A stretch of DNA of 64,000 bases, taken from assembly GCA_032718475.1 (NCBI GenBank), contig JAUCBJ010000021.1:41460-105459 (forward strand). Reading direction: 5' to 3'. Shown here one piece after another: positions 25,281-37,456 of this stretch. This DNA is from Nemertoderma westbladi (taxonomy: Eukaryota; Animalia; Xenacoelomorpha). The notes under the pieces are model-generated. The model was not told the origin of the DNA, made no database searches, and saw nothing but the letters and a program-made list of their open reading frames with translations. The translations under genes were made by a program, and so were the position numbers. Position 1 is the first letter of the stretch. Each line of letters begins with the position of its first letter.

Positions 25281-28200
25281 TTTTAATCTCAATCTACTTC
25301 GACCTCAAAAAAATTTGACATCAGAAATTTGAGTTTCTGTGCGTTAATGTGAATAAATTATATGAAAATACCAACATATTGGTTGACTGACTGATTTACC
25401 TAATGCTGCTGTACCGGTACATACCGAACTGTCAGACTGTATGCCCTTGTCGACTATGATGGCAACTGTACCTTCACCTGGGAATGCCGCCAGTGGTTCC
25501 TCTATAACCACTTACCAGAATAATTCCCAGACACCGGAGGGGGGTGCTATGGAGTTGGAACTGGAAAAGCCGCCTAAAATTATTGTGAACTCGTGTCTGA
25601 CTTCTATAGTTCAAGATTTAGTGTCTCACTCGTTAAATGAGTCTTCCGAGTTATGCCTCCAGCACTATCTGCCTGAGGTGATTTTTGCAGGTAAACAGCT
25701 ACTGTTTGAGATGTTCGGGTGTAAAGTCATTAATCGCCAGGACACGGCAGATCGTTCAGCGGCTGCCGCGAATTTTCGGGATATATGGGACAACTGTTAA
25801 TCAACTTCCTGTAATCGCGGTTACCGCTATTGATGCTTTGTCCATGCCCCAGTTCCCTGGTCATGGGCTGACGGGCGTTGGTGCTGTCTGGGTCTATTGG
25901 TCTAAATCGGGCTAAAGCGCGGTACCGCCATCAGAAATCTACGTGAGTAGATTGGCAAATGAATTGACGGGTAAAGACTTGGCAGAAAACTTAACGTCGA
26001 TCGGGATATTGGTGAATGAGAAGTCAGTTGTTAAGGTTTTCCCACCAGACTCATGGTCAGCGAGTTTCAGGATAAAAGTTCGCCCGGAGGATCTGGACAT
26101 TTCCTTAGACCCCTCGGTGTGGCCATGTGGCATATTTGTGAGAAAGTGGGTTCACCATTCTCGTGGTTATAATCGAGGAGTCCCTAGCACTACCTGTACT
26201 GTTACCGGTAGTAGCAGAACTTAAAATCGTTAATTGATTTTTGGATTCCCAATGTATTTTGTACATTACTTTTCTATTTTAATATTCATATATTGGCATA
26301 ATGCTTATTCATATTTTTAAAAATGGCTAATCAAACAATTTCGCAGAACATTGTATCGATTACATCTTACAATAGTACAGGTTTTGGCTCTGATAAAATA
26401 GACTTCATGAAGTGCGTGGCAGTTGGGTCTGACATTATGTGCTTGCAAGAGCATTTCATTTTAGACCACAATGCCCGCTATTTGAGCAAGGAATAATAGA
26501 TCCAGCAATTTATGTAAATGAAAATCAATTTGGCCATCCTAAGGGTGGCTTGGCAATTTTGGTTAAGCAGCCGCTAGCAAATTATATTGTTCAATATAAG
26601 ACAGCTAATTGGAGGTTGCAGGTTGTTAAATTTAATTTGCCGAATTCCGAGTTTGCGGTGATTAATGTATATTTTCCAGTTGACAATAGATCAACTACCA
26701 TTGTGTCGGATGAACTATTGGGTTTAGTAATCGATATTAGTGAGGCGATTTCCATTGTTAATACAGAAAATATATTTATTGCCGGTGATTTTAATACGGA
26801 TTTTGTACGCAATACAGCCCAAGTAGATTATGTGTCCTCCTTTCTTAATGATAATTTTCTACAGAATCTTTGGAATTTGTTTCCAATTGATTTTTCGTAT
26901 ATACATACTACTAGTGACTCTAGTTTTGCTTCCACTATTGATTATGTAATGTGTTCATCTGCCGTAATAGACTCATGTGTTGAGGGTGGGGTAGTACATA
27001 ATGGTACTAATTATTCTAACCATAGCCCAGTTTATATAAAATTTAAAATAGATAGTTTAAATGAAGGATTGGAATTTAAGCCGACTATTAGTAGACCAAG
27101 TTATAACCGTTCTAATCAAGTTCAACCTGAGCAATATTTTGACGATTTGAAAATAAAATTGACTAACATTAATTATCATAACCTGGAGTGCAATAATTTA
27201 CTTTGCACTGATTCTACTAACATTTCTGAGATAGATAGTCTAGCAGCAGGAATTACAGAGGCATTGCATAGCTCAGCGCAATTTCTGTGCAAGCCAGAAT
27301 CTGGGGGAGGTAGGAATAGCAACCGCCCAGTCCTTCCCGGATATGTACGTGAATATGAATATGAATATGTACGTCCTTATAAGGAGGACTCCATATTCTG
27401 GAACAGTGTATGTATTTCGGCAGGTAGGCCAAATGCCTCTGTAGGTAAACTATTCCAGATGAAACAATCTTCGAAAGCACAATATAAATATGCGGTTAGA
27501 AGACTAAAAGCTAAGACTGATGAAGTTAAGCGCAGTAAGCTAATAGAGAGTTTGTTAGTTAATAAATTAGATTTATTTACAGAGATTAAGAAGTTGAGAG
27601 GGAATATAGCAGGTCATAGTCAATCTATTGATGGTGAGTCTTCAAGTGAAGATATTGTTAATATATTTTTGGGGATTTATTCAAAATTATTTAATAAAGG
27701 TTATAGTTCTGACGTCACTGAACTTGAAAATAATATCAATGCTAAAGTGTCCAGCATGACTTCTGAAGAATCTCAATCCGTTACGCCCGGTCTCATTGCT
27801 GCCGCAATTGCGAAATTAAAGGGGTGAAAGTCTGATGTGTCATTTGATTTTGATGCGGATTGTTTAATCCATGGTCCGGAGGAATTATCTAAGGCGTTGT
27901 GTGTTTTGTTTAATTGTTGCCTCATACACGGTTATGTTCCTAAGCTCTTGCTGTTGGTCTCCCTTATTCCGTTGGTGAAGGATAAGTTAGGAGCTGTAGC
28001 GAGCTCATCGAACTATCGTGCGATAGCGATATCCTCTCTCATACTTAAGGTGTTTGAATGGGTAATGGTTATTTCCCAAAATGATTCGCTAAGGGTCGAC
28101 GAATTGCAATTTGGATTTCAGCGGAATTCTAGCACTTCCATGTGTACGTGGACGGCGAGTGTGGTAATTTCCCATTACTCCCGATTCTCGACACCAGTAT

Positions 28201-29583
28201 TTGGTTGCTTCATGGATTTGTCAAAGGCATATGACGTCATCGATTGGGTTTCCTTGTTTGTAGAACTCTTAAAGAAAGGTTTTTCGGTATTGTTCCTGCG
28301 TGTGTTGTTAGTAATATATCGAAGTCAGAGGTGTTCAGTTAAATGGGGTTCCACTTCTTTGTCCTCGTTGGGTATTTCTAATGGCGTGAGGCAACGGAGC
28401 ATCGCCTCACCACTTCTATTCAGTGTCGTGGTTAACGACCTAATAGATCGACGCGAAACTCTGGAGTTGGTTGCCACATAGGGTCACGTTACTACTGTAT
28501 AGTTGTCTACGCAGACGACATTCTACTTCTGTGCCCGTCCATAGCTGGTCTGCAGCACATGGTTGATATCGCTAGTCAATTTGCTAAGGACAATTCCATG
28601 AGTTTCAGTACAAACTCCAACCCAGAGAAGGGTAAGACCAAGTGTGTTCCCTTCGGGCAGCGTTGGTGCCCACCGACAGCGGATATTAAACTGAATGGGC
28701 TGAATCTTCCTTGGGTACAGCAGGTTCGCCATTTAGGAAACATATTTCACTATTCCAACGAGTTTGCCTCGGATATTAACTGTAAGCGCGGGAGTTTCAT
28801 TGGCAAATTAAACAGTCTTAGACAGGAATTTAATTTCGCTCACCCGAGCACCCTTTCGGAACTGCAACGAATTTATGCCACTAGCTTCTACGGTAGTTGT
28901 ATATGGGATTTATGGTCGCCACAGTGCATTCGATTAGGGTCAGCATGGAATATTAATTTACGGCTAGTTTGGGGTCTACCTTTCAATACGCATAAATTTA
29001 TTATTGAAAATTTGGTGCCGTTTCAACACCCGCATTCTATGCTATGTAGTAGATTTGTTACTTTTGCGAATATGCTACTTAATTTAGCTTGTAGTAAACC
29101 CTCCGTATATTATTTAGCAAATATGTGCTTATTTGACTGTAGAACTGTGTCGGGTGCTAATATGAAACGAATTGCTAATAAGTGTTCGAATGCGTTATTC
29201 GACTTAAATGTAAAAGGGTGCAAAAATACTATTCGGTATCCAATGGATGATGTAGGAAAGGCGAATATTTGTAAAGAAATTGTGGACTGTCGATATAATA
29301 ATTTGGAAGTGTTGGGTTTTAATAATGCCGAGCTGGAGTATATCTTACGGGATATTTGTGTGTCGTAGCTATACAATTTCATTGTAAACTTTATTGGTGT
29401 TCACTATTGTAATAAAATGTGTGATAATTATCATATAATAATTTGGTACAATTATTTACCGGTCGTATTAATTAATATAAATTTCCGTATTAATTTGTGC
29501 TACTACCTGCCGTATATCCTACGTAAACTGTACTCATATCATACTATGCATGTACGAATTAAACAATAATAATAATAATAATA
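25281..29583 (+). mobile_element. near full-length CR1/L2-group LINE, disrupted
   Basis: ORF1 remnant 25441-26224. ORF2 has an APE endonuclease (GHPKGGLAI, NVYFP, GDFN, IDY, SNHSPV) and RT (NYRAIA, QFGF, DLSKAYD, GVRQ, YADD at ~28508). It has frameshifts, an in-frame TGA at 27825 and a (TAA)n tail. The left boundary rests on a candidate ATAAAAAATA duplication and is uncertain. Confidence 0.9.
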
Positions 29584-29595
29584 AAAAATACTAAC

Positions 29596-30792
29596 TTGTT
29601 GACTTGGAAGTAGAACTGGTTATCGTAGATTGCGAATCAGTTGTGGAAGCTTGAGAAATTGATGTTGCAGTTTGGGAAACTGTTGTTGCAGTAAATCCAT
29701 GCGTTGTTGTTGATGCCATTATTGTTGTAGCTCCTGGTGTTGTGGGTCCATGTGTTGTTGTAGCTCCAGGTGTTGTTGTGGCTGCGGGTGATATTGTTGC
29801 GATAGGTGTTGTTGTGGGTCCAGATGTTGTGGCTCCATTAGTTGTTGTAGCTTCAGGTGTTGTAGCTCCTGGTGTTGTTGTAGCTCCAGGTGTTGTAGCT
29901 CCTGGTGTTGTTGTAGGTCCATGTGTTGTAGCAGCTCCTTGTGTTGTTGTGGCAATAGGTGTTGTTGTGGCTCCATGTGTTGTTGTAGCTCCAGGTGTTG
30001 TTGTAGCTCCGAGTGATGTTGTTGCGATAGGTGTTGTTGTGGGTCCAGGTGTTGTTGTGGCTCCATTAGTTGTTGTGGCTCCAGGTGTTGTTGATGCTAC
30101 AGGTGTTGTTGTAGCTCCTGGTGTTGTTGTGGCAATAGGTGTTGTTGTTGCTCCAGATGTTGTTGTAGCTCCAGGTATTGTTGTGGTTACAGGTGTTGTT
30201 GTAGCTGCAGGTGTTGTTGTGGCTACAGGTGTTGTTGTGGCTACAGGTGTTGTTGTAGCTCCAGGTGTTGTTGGGGCTGCTGGTGTTGTGGCTACAGGTG
30301 TTGTTGTAGCTGTCGGTGTTGTGGCAACAGGTATTGTTGTGGCTACAGGTGTTGTTATGGCTACATGTGTTGTTGTAGCTCCAGGTGTTGTTGTGGCTGC
30401 TGGTGTTGTGGCTACAGGTTTTGTTGTGGCTGTCGGTGTTGTGGCTACAGGTATTGTTGTGGCTACAGGCGTTGTGGTGGCTCCAGGTGTTGTTGATGCT
30501 ACTGGTGTTGTTGTGGCTACAGGTGTTGTTGTGGCTACAGGTGTTGTTGTGGCTCCAGGTGTTGTTGATGCTACTGGTGTTGTTGTGGCTACAGGTGTTG
30601 TTGTGGCTACAGGTGTTGTTGTGGCTCCAACTGTTGTTGATGCTGCTGGTATTGTTGTAGCTACAGGTGTTGTTGTGGCTACAGGTGTTGTTGTGGCTCC
30701 AAGTGTTGTTGATGCTGCTGGTGTTGTTGTGGCTACAGGTGTTGTTGTGGCTACAGGTGTTGTTGTGGGTGCAGTTGTGGATGTTTGGGTAT
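29596..30792 (-). CDS. host gene exon, Thr/Pro/Ala-rich PTS mucin domain (399 codons)
   Basis: The frame not shown in the ORF track reads DTQTSTTAP(TTTPVA/TTTPGA)n...SSTSKST. TTCGCAG acceptor, GTTAGT donor, length 1197 bp, phase 1-1. Confidence 0.88.
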
Positions 30793-31499
30793 CTGCGAAT
30801 AAACATGTGCTATAATTTCACCAATGTTGTTTATGAAATTCAGAAATGAGGAAATGGAACAGACAAGATTTCAGGTTAGTATTATAACATAATCAACAAT
30901 TTTAGAAATATGGGTTGTCTGGTTTGTCATGTCAATTTTACATGATATAAAATTAAAGTTGACACAGTTGCACTGCTGTAGAGTCCCTTGATCTGGCAGC
31001 AATATGTGAATTACCATGAAACTTTTCAATAACTTTGTTCTTTGTTTGAAACTTTTTTCAATAATATATTTACGACCTCCATTTAACTGCAAAACAACCT
31101 CATCTAATGTTAAACAACATCACATCTCATTTACATGTACCTGTATATATAATAATAAAGGATCTGGCAGTGAGGAATCTTACAAGATTGGTAATTAATT
31201 CAGCAATAGGAAGTGTATGATATTAACATTGAAAGAAATATCACTTCAAAATTGATAGATATTTGATTTTCTGGGGCGAGAGGTAAGGTAGTAGTGAGCG
31301 GTCAGCCATTCATGAAACGTCTGTAGGAAGAAGACACTAAGCATTGATAATAAATAGGGAGTTACATAGCTGATCGTGAAATGTGGATGGTTTGCAATGT
31401 CTGGCCAGTGGTGTGGGCGATGTTTGTATGTATACTGAGTAATGAGGAATCTGCCATATTGATAAGCTTCAAACAAATTCCCTCTATTAATAATTGTAA

Positions 31500-34400
31500 C
31501 AATACCGAAACACAATGTTAAAGTCATTGCTGGTGACCTGAATGCGCAAATTGGCCCAGAAGACATCAAGAGTTACACCTATAACACCAGTTCTAACAGA
31601 AATGGGTGCTTACTTTTAGACCTAATGGAAGAATGTGAATTGATACCAACAAACAACACATTCGAAAAGAGTAAGGGGAAGCTATGGACCTTTCAATACC
31701 CTAATGGAACCAAAGCACAACTGGATTACATCCTTATAAACAAAAAGTGGAGAAATAGCATGATCAACTGCGAGGCATACAGCTCGTTCAACCTAATTGG
31801 TTCGGACCACAGAATTGTGACTGCAGAGATCAGACTCAGTTTGAGAGCCAGCAAACCCAGGACAAGCAAGCAAATCAACTATGACTGGGAGAAACTCAGA
31901 ACTGACAATGCTGTAAAGGATCCTTATACAGTAGAAGTTCAAAACCGCTTTGAAGCACTTCAGTCAATGGATGAAGACCAATCCAGCGATTCAATATACC
32001 AGAATATAATAACATTTTAATGTTTTTAAACTCGATTTTAAACCCGATTTTAAACTCATTTTATATGCCGACGACAGTGCTCTTATTTTCTCTCATAAAG
32101 ATCCTATCCATATTTCCCAAAAGTTAAGTGCAGTTCTAGAATCCTGTAATGAGTGGTTGGTTGATAATAAGCTATCCATTCACTACGGTAAAACTGAAAG
32201 TATTTTGTTTGGTTCCAAAAGAAAGTTAAAGAAGGTAAATAAGTTTGAAGTCACTAGTAATGGACATAAGATTGAAAATAAAAAGGAAGTTAAATATTTA
32301 GGCGCCACATTGGATAACTGCTTATCAGGAGAAAGTACAGTGAAAAATATTTTCTCGAAAGTTAACAGTAGGCTTAGGTTTCTATACAGAAATAAAAATA
32401 GTTTAAACACCGACTCCCGCAAGTTACTTTGCTCTTCTTTAATACAGTGTCACATGGACTATGCGTGCTCTTCTTGGTATGAAGGCTTAACCAAACAGCT
32501 TAAATGTAAATTACAAGTAGCTCAGAATAAAGTAGTACGATTTATTAAAGACTACAAACCTAGGCACCACCTAACTCCAGATGACTTTTCTGAATCTGGA
32601 CTACTTAACTTAGATAGTAGAGTTAAGCAGCTACGCCTTAACCATGTGCATAAAGTGTATAATGGTAAATGTCCCAATTACCTAAAACAAAAATTCAACA
32701 GAGTGCGCGATACACACTCTTACAGTACCAGAGCTAGTGCTTCAAACTTCTACCTCCCGAATTGTAAATCCTTTGAATCTGATACTTTCTTTTTTAACGG
32801 CATAAAAAATTGGAACACTCTGCCTAATGAAATTAAAAACCTAAATAATCAACATTCTTTTAAATCTGCAGTTAAATCTCATCTCCGTGTGCAATGTAAA
32901 AATAGGTACAATAGTCCTACAGTAAGTTATTAGTTTATTAATTATTTACTATTTATACTGTAATTACGTTTTATAATAGATTGTTCTGTACATTACATCT
33001 TTATCGTTGAGTCGGACATTGTCACGCTCTCGGTAAAGTTGTACATGTACATAGTGTAATTACGTTTTATATTGGTTTTAGGTTAGCGTAGTGTAATATT
33101 GTATTTGTAACCAAGTAACATAAAGGTCCCCCTTGGAAATAAGCTGCAAAGCTTTAGGGGTAATCCTATATGTTATGTTGGACAATACCTTTATACCGGT
33201 ACATTGTTTGGTGTATTTGTTATTGTTTTTACATAATGTATAAATAAATCTATCTATCTATCTATAACAGCCCACAAGGAATCAGCTAAGAGGCAAATCC
33301 CCCAGAAACCTAAACGAAAACAGTATGTGCCATGGCAAAACTCTGAGGTTACTTGTAAGAGAGAAGATCTTAAGATAGCCTACAAAGTTAAAACCGAACA
33401 ACCAACAACCGAAAACATTAACAAGGTTGAGAAAGCTAAGGACGATCTTAAATTGGCCTACAACATCAGCCAGGAAAAGTACATACAGGATAAAACTGAA
33501 GCAATTACAATTGCTCACATACAGCAACAATCAAGACTTACCTGGCAAACTGTAAATGAGGTATCTGGTCGGAAAAGTTGTGCAAAGGGGCGCCTCAATG
33601 CCGATAGTCCTGAAGAACGTGTTGGGAAGTGGAAAAATCACTTCAGCAACTTGCTTGGGCAGCCACCAAACATCGAGGTCAGCCCTACAAGGGAAATATA
33701 TGACAAGACACTACCTATAGAAACAGGGGACTTCACACCTACCGAACTCCAAAGAAGCATTAAAAGCATGTCCAATAATAAAGCGAGTGGATTAGATGAA
33801 ATCCCAGTGGAGGTATGGAAAACCGGAGTGCTAAATAGACCATTATTGAATGTTTGCAACCGGATGTTAAAAGGGGAAAAGCCACCACCAATTTGGACTA
33901 AAGGTCAACTAAAGCCTCTCCCCAAGAAAGGAGACCTCGGCATACCAACAAACTATCGTGGGATCTGTCTGCTTGTGGTGTCTGCCAAAATATACAATAA
34001 AATGATTCTATATAGGATTAGGTCTCACATAGAGAAACTACTGCATAAGAGCCAAAACGGATTTCGACCAAGTAGATCAACAATAGTTCAGATACTTGCA
34101 CTACGGAGACTGATTGAAGGAATTAAGTCGAAGAATCTCCCCGCAGTCATGACTTTTGTGGACTTCAAGTTCGACTCCATCCATAGAGGTAAAATGCTTG
34201 AAATTCTAAGAGCTTATGGAATACCAGAAGTAATTGTTGCTGGCATTGGGTTGTTATATTGTGACACAGAAATGCAGGTACTCTCACCAGATGGTGAAAC
34301 TGAGTTTTTCTCAATCCTGGCTGGCGTACTGCAAGGTGACACATTAGCACCATTACTATTTGTAATTGTGCTGGATTACGCAATGAGGACGGCAATGAGC

Positions 34401-34748
34401 TGCTACACAAGACTACTAAGGGCATCCCTAAACATCAGCTGGAGACAACACACGAAAAACGCCGAGCTTTATGGTACAATACCACCTGTATCAACCACCC
34501 TCCGTGAACGCAGATTAAGATTCAGTGGGCACTGCTGGCGAAGTAAAGACGAGGTCATACCAGATCTACTTCTCTGGCAACCAACTCATGGAAAGCGTAG
34601 TCGTGGACGACCTGCCATAACATATATAGATCAACTTGAAAGGGATACTGAACTTGGGAGAAACGAAATTGCGACAACTATGGAGAATCGGGAAGCCTGG
34701 AAGGATCTTATTTCCACTGTCCGAGTTCGCTCGACCTAGTAGTAGTAG
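31500..34748 (+). mobile_element. 5'-truncated RTE-clade LINE with nested insertion and internal deletion
   Basis: APE (GDLNA, QLDYIL, SDH) and RT (KKGDL..NYRGI, QNGFR, GVLQGDTLAP). The YADD region is deleted at ~34397. (TAG)n tail and 12-bp TSD TAATAATTGTAA (31488-31499 and 34749-34760). Confidence 0.92.
32015..33263 (+). mobile_element. 3' fragment of an L2/Crack-like LINE nested in the RTE element
   Basis: LYADDS, NKLSIHYGKTE, KYLG, DYACSSWY and WNTLP motifs. AATAAA plus (TCTA)n tail, ATAACA duplication (32009-32014 and 33264-33269). The RTE frame NIIT|AHKE resumes across it. Confidence 0.9.
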
Positions 34749-34823
34749 TAATAATTGTAAAATACACCGATGGGGTATCCATATCCAATGAACCACAGTA
34801 GAATGTTTGTAATGCATACTAAC

Positions 34824-34862
34824 CTGTTGTTTGTAGTGTTGAACTTGTTGTAGTGGTGGTAC
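34824..34862 (-). CDS. host gene 39-bp exon (CTTTTTSSTLQTT)
   Basis: CCAACAG acceptor, GTTAGT donor. It completes the split TGT Cys codon of the second TSP1 domain. Confidence 0.75.
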
Positions 34863-35551
34863 CTGTTGGAAGACAATATTTGTAAACGATTAGGAACCAC
34901 TTGCAAGCGAAGTGGTAAGAAGTATCTTATAAATAGTACAGGACCTGAGAACAATTTGAGAAGGAAAGTTTTTAAATTGCTGAGAATTGCATAGCTGCAT
35001 CTTTAATATATAATTTAATCATCACTTGGTGTGGTATATAATCCTACATAATAACGCAACGGTTTATATTCAATACCCACTTTTACCCACCCACGGTTTA
35101 TACGCAATACTCAATATGGCCAAATACTGTAGGGTTGAGTATAGTGGCAGCATATGATTGTATTGACAGATGGAGGCCACGAGGAGGTAAATTGCGGACA
35201 TACAAGGTATCAGTCAGATAGTATTTCCAGGTCTATCTTTTACCTGAGCCGCTTGCTGAATGGTTAGAGCGTCAGACTGTATTATGTGTGTAATTTGTAT
35301 TGTAATGTTATATATTATTCCTCCCGACTACCCCATTATTCTGGTTATGAGAGATTTTTATTGTTTTTATTTTTATGATTTACTTATAAGATAATAAGAT
35401 AACAATTATTAAATGATAGGATAACCAAAATACAAAACGTAAGAAATTTGAGCAGTTGACATATTGAGACAGGTAATATTAAAAATGTCATATGTGAACA
35501 CACAAATTGTTCAATTTATAGTGCGCTTCTTCAGTTTAGTAGGCTACTTAC

Positions 35552-35716
35552 ATTCTGACATATTGCATTCTCTGTACTCCATCAGTATTTCATTTTCGCA
35601 GGACTGTCCTCCAAATGAACTATTAGTTGTTATGCTTCGTTCGTAAACTTGGAATCCTGTACCACATGTAACATTACATGCTGTGGTTGCAGTCCAATTG
35701 GATAGTTCGCAATCAA
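35552..35716 (-). CDS. host gene exon, thrombospondin type-1 repeat 2
   Basis: VDCELSNWTATTACNVTCGTGFQVYERSITTNSSFGGQSCENEILMEYRECNMSE. TTTTACAG acceptor, GTAAGT donor, phase 1-1. Confidence 0.9.
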
Positions 35717-36042
35717 CTGTAAAATGACAAAACAGATATTGTGTATAATAATATAAAACAATATACTATCTCAGACAGGCTAAATAATACGAATTGTAGG
35801 TGATTGTACTTCTTTGTTCCTAATTGTAGTGTTTATCAAAATTGCGCTAAAATCAATAACAAAAAGAAAACAAATCAATATAAAAGCTTTAAAAACCTTT
35901 AAAACCTTTAAAAGCATCATCAGGTAAATAATTTTATTGTTGATTTAACTTGCAAATAAAATTTTTTTTTTGGGGGGGGGGGGGATAAACTATTGTACTC
36001 GTTGCATACAACTAAATCAATAATGTGAAATCATCCATGTAC

Positions 36043-36198
36043 CTGGGCAATTATGATTGTTGCACATTTCTGTCTTTGTAGTGTTTAGGCATGGGAGATT
36101 ATCAGGTTGGTATGCGATCGTTCTGTTATATGATTGAATTCCACCTTCACATGGTTCACTACATAGTCCAACCTCTTCCCATTCATTATACATGCATT
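36043..36198 (-). CDS. host gene exon, thrombospondin type-1 repeat 1
   Basis: ECMYNEWEEVGLCSEPCEGGIQSYNRTIAYQPDNLPCLNTTKTEMCNNHNCP. AG/GT boundaries, phase 1-1. Confidence 0.88.
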
Positions 36199-36248
36199 CT
36201 ATTGTTTAATTGAAGCAATAATAATAATATAACAATAATAATATATTA

Positions 36249-36817
36249 TGTGACGGGATCCACCGAGGATCCCGGTTTATCCGGTTTCTAATCTACGATC
36301 CCCGCCGTGTGTATGTGAAAAGAGTTCAGATTGTTGGTTAATCAATGCATATATATATAAGGGTATGATGAATGATAAGATATAGCACAGTTAAGGTGAA
36401 CGATGTATAGTGTACTGAAGTGAAATGGTTTAATATTGTATGGCAGTAGACGGAGATGTGATTAGAGTTCCGGTACTACCCTAACTACTGACTTACTGAA
36501 GTGAATAAATTGGCACAACGAATGATAATATATATTGCACTGGTTGGCCGCATTACGTTACTCAGTTGATGCCTTCCCCCCATTGGCTAATAACTCACTA
36601 CTCGCCTCCCATCTCTCTGGGAGTGTTTTCCTTCCCCACTGCTGTTATTCTCTCTCTCGGAGGTATAACCTCTGACCCCCTTTGTGTGTTCCCTTCGGGG
36701 TTTGTCGCCCCGTTTATTGGGGTGACACGAGGTTGATTGGTAACCAACCTCGTGCTCCCAATATTGCTTAAAACCAACTTTGTGTGGGCCTGGTTAGCGG
36801 AATTGAATACGCTAACA
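36249..36817 (-). repeat. 3' LTR of BEL element 2
   Basis: Direct repeat of 46953-47522 (about 10 differences by eye), preceded on the minus strand by the PPT GGGGGGGAG. Confidence 0.95.
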
Positions 36818-37456
36818 CTCCCCCCCATGCTATCTTCCCGGTGAGAAGATAGCATCCACCTCAAGTGCGCTACAATTCCGCTGGATCTCGATCTACCATC
36901 GAGTGTGGGGTGGAACTATTTTCCTCGGAGCCGGCTTTCCAGACCGCCCCCTATGGGTATGGTATCGTTACCCTGTTTACCTGGCGTCCCGTGTCGGGCC
37001 GATCGTGCACTCCTCTCACACGACTTTTGTTTCCCCAACACTTTCGCCACTCCAACTCCACTCTGTTCTCATCCTGACTCTCCTCTACTTCTCCTCACTT
37101 CCGCTCTAACTCTCGGACTTCCCTGTCCCTCACTCAGCCTCTTATCCCTCCCCCCCACACTTGAATTGCACCCGCACTCTCTCCGCACTACAACTCAACC
37201 CCTATCTCACCCACTCACTCCCGACGAGTTTCACCCCCCTCCTGTGCCGTCGCACTCAAGAAGTGTGATGTCGTCCAATGTCTCGTCCGCGATAGTATTA
37301 TAGTCTATTGGTCCCCAGTCCCAGTAGTTAATTGGAAAAAGGTTGTATGACTATATTACTTACTTTGATTGTATTTACTTGCTAAACTAATAATGATTAC
37401 TATGTACGTACATACTAATTGCACTTTTCAATTATTTAGATTATTTGAATTTGTAC

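Noticed and set aside
29719-30849. Val-rich, HNNT-rich, Gln-rich and Leu-rich ORFs in the track
   Set aside because: These are shadow frames of the 18-bp repeat. Only the minus-strand Thr frame has fitting splice sites and phases.
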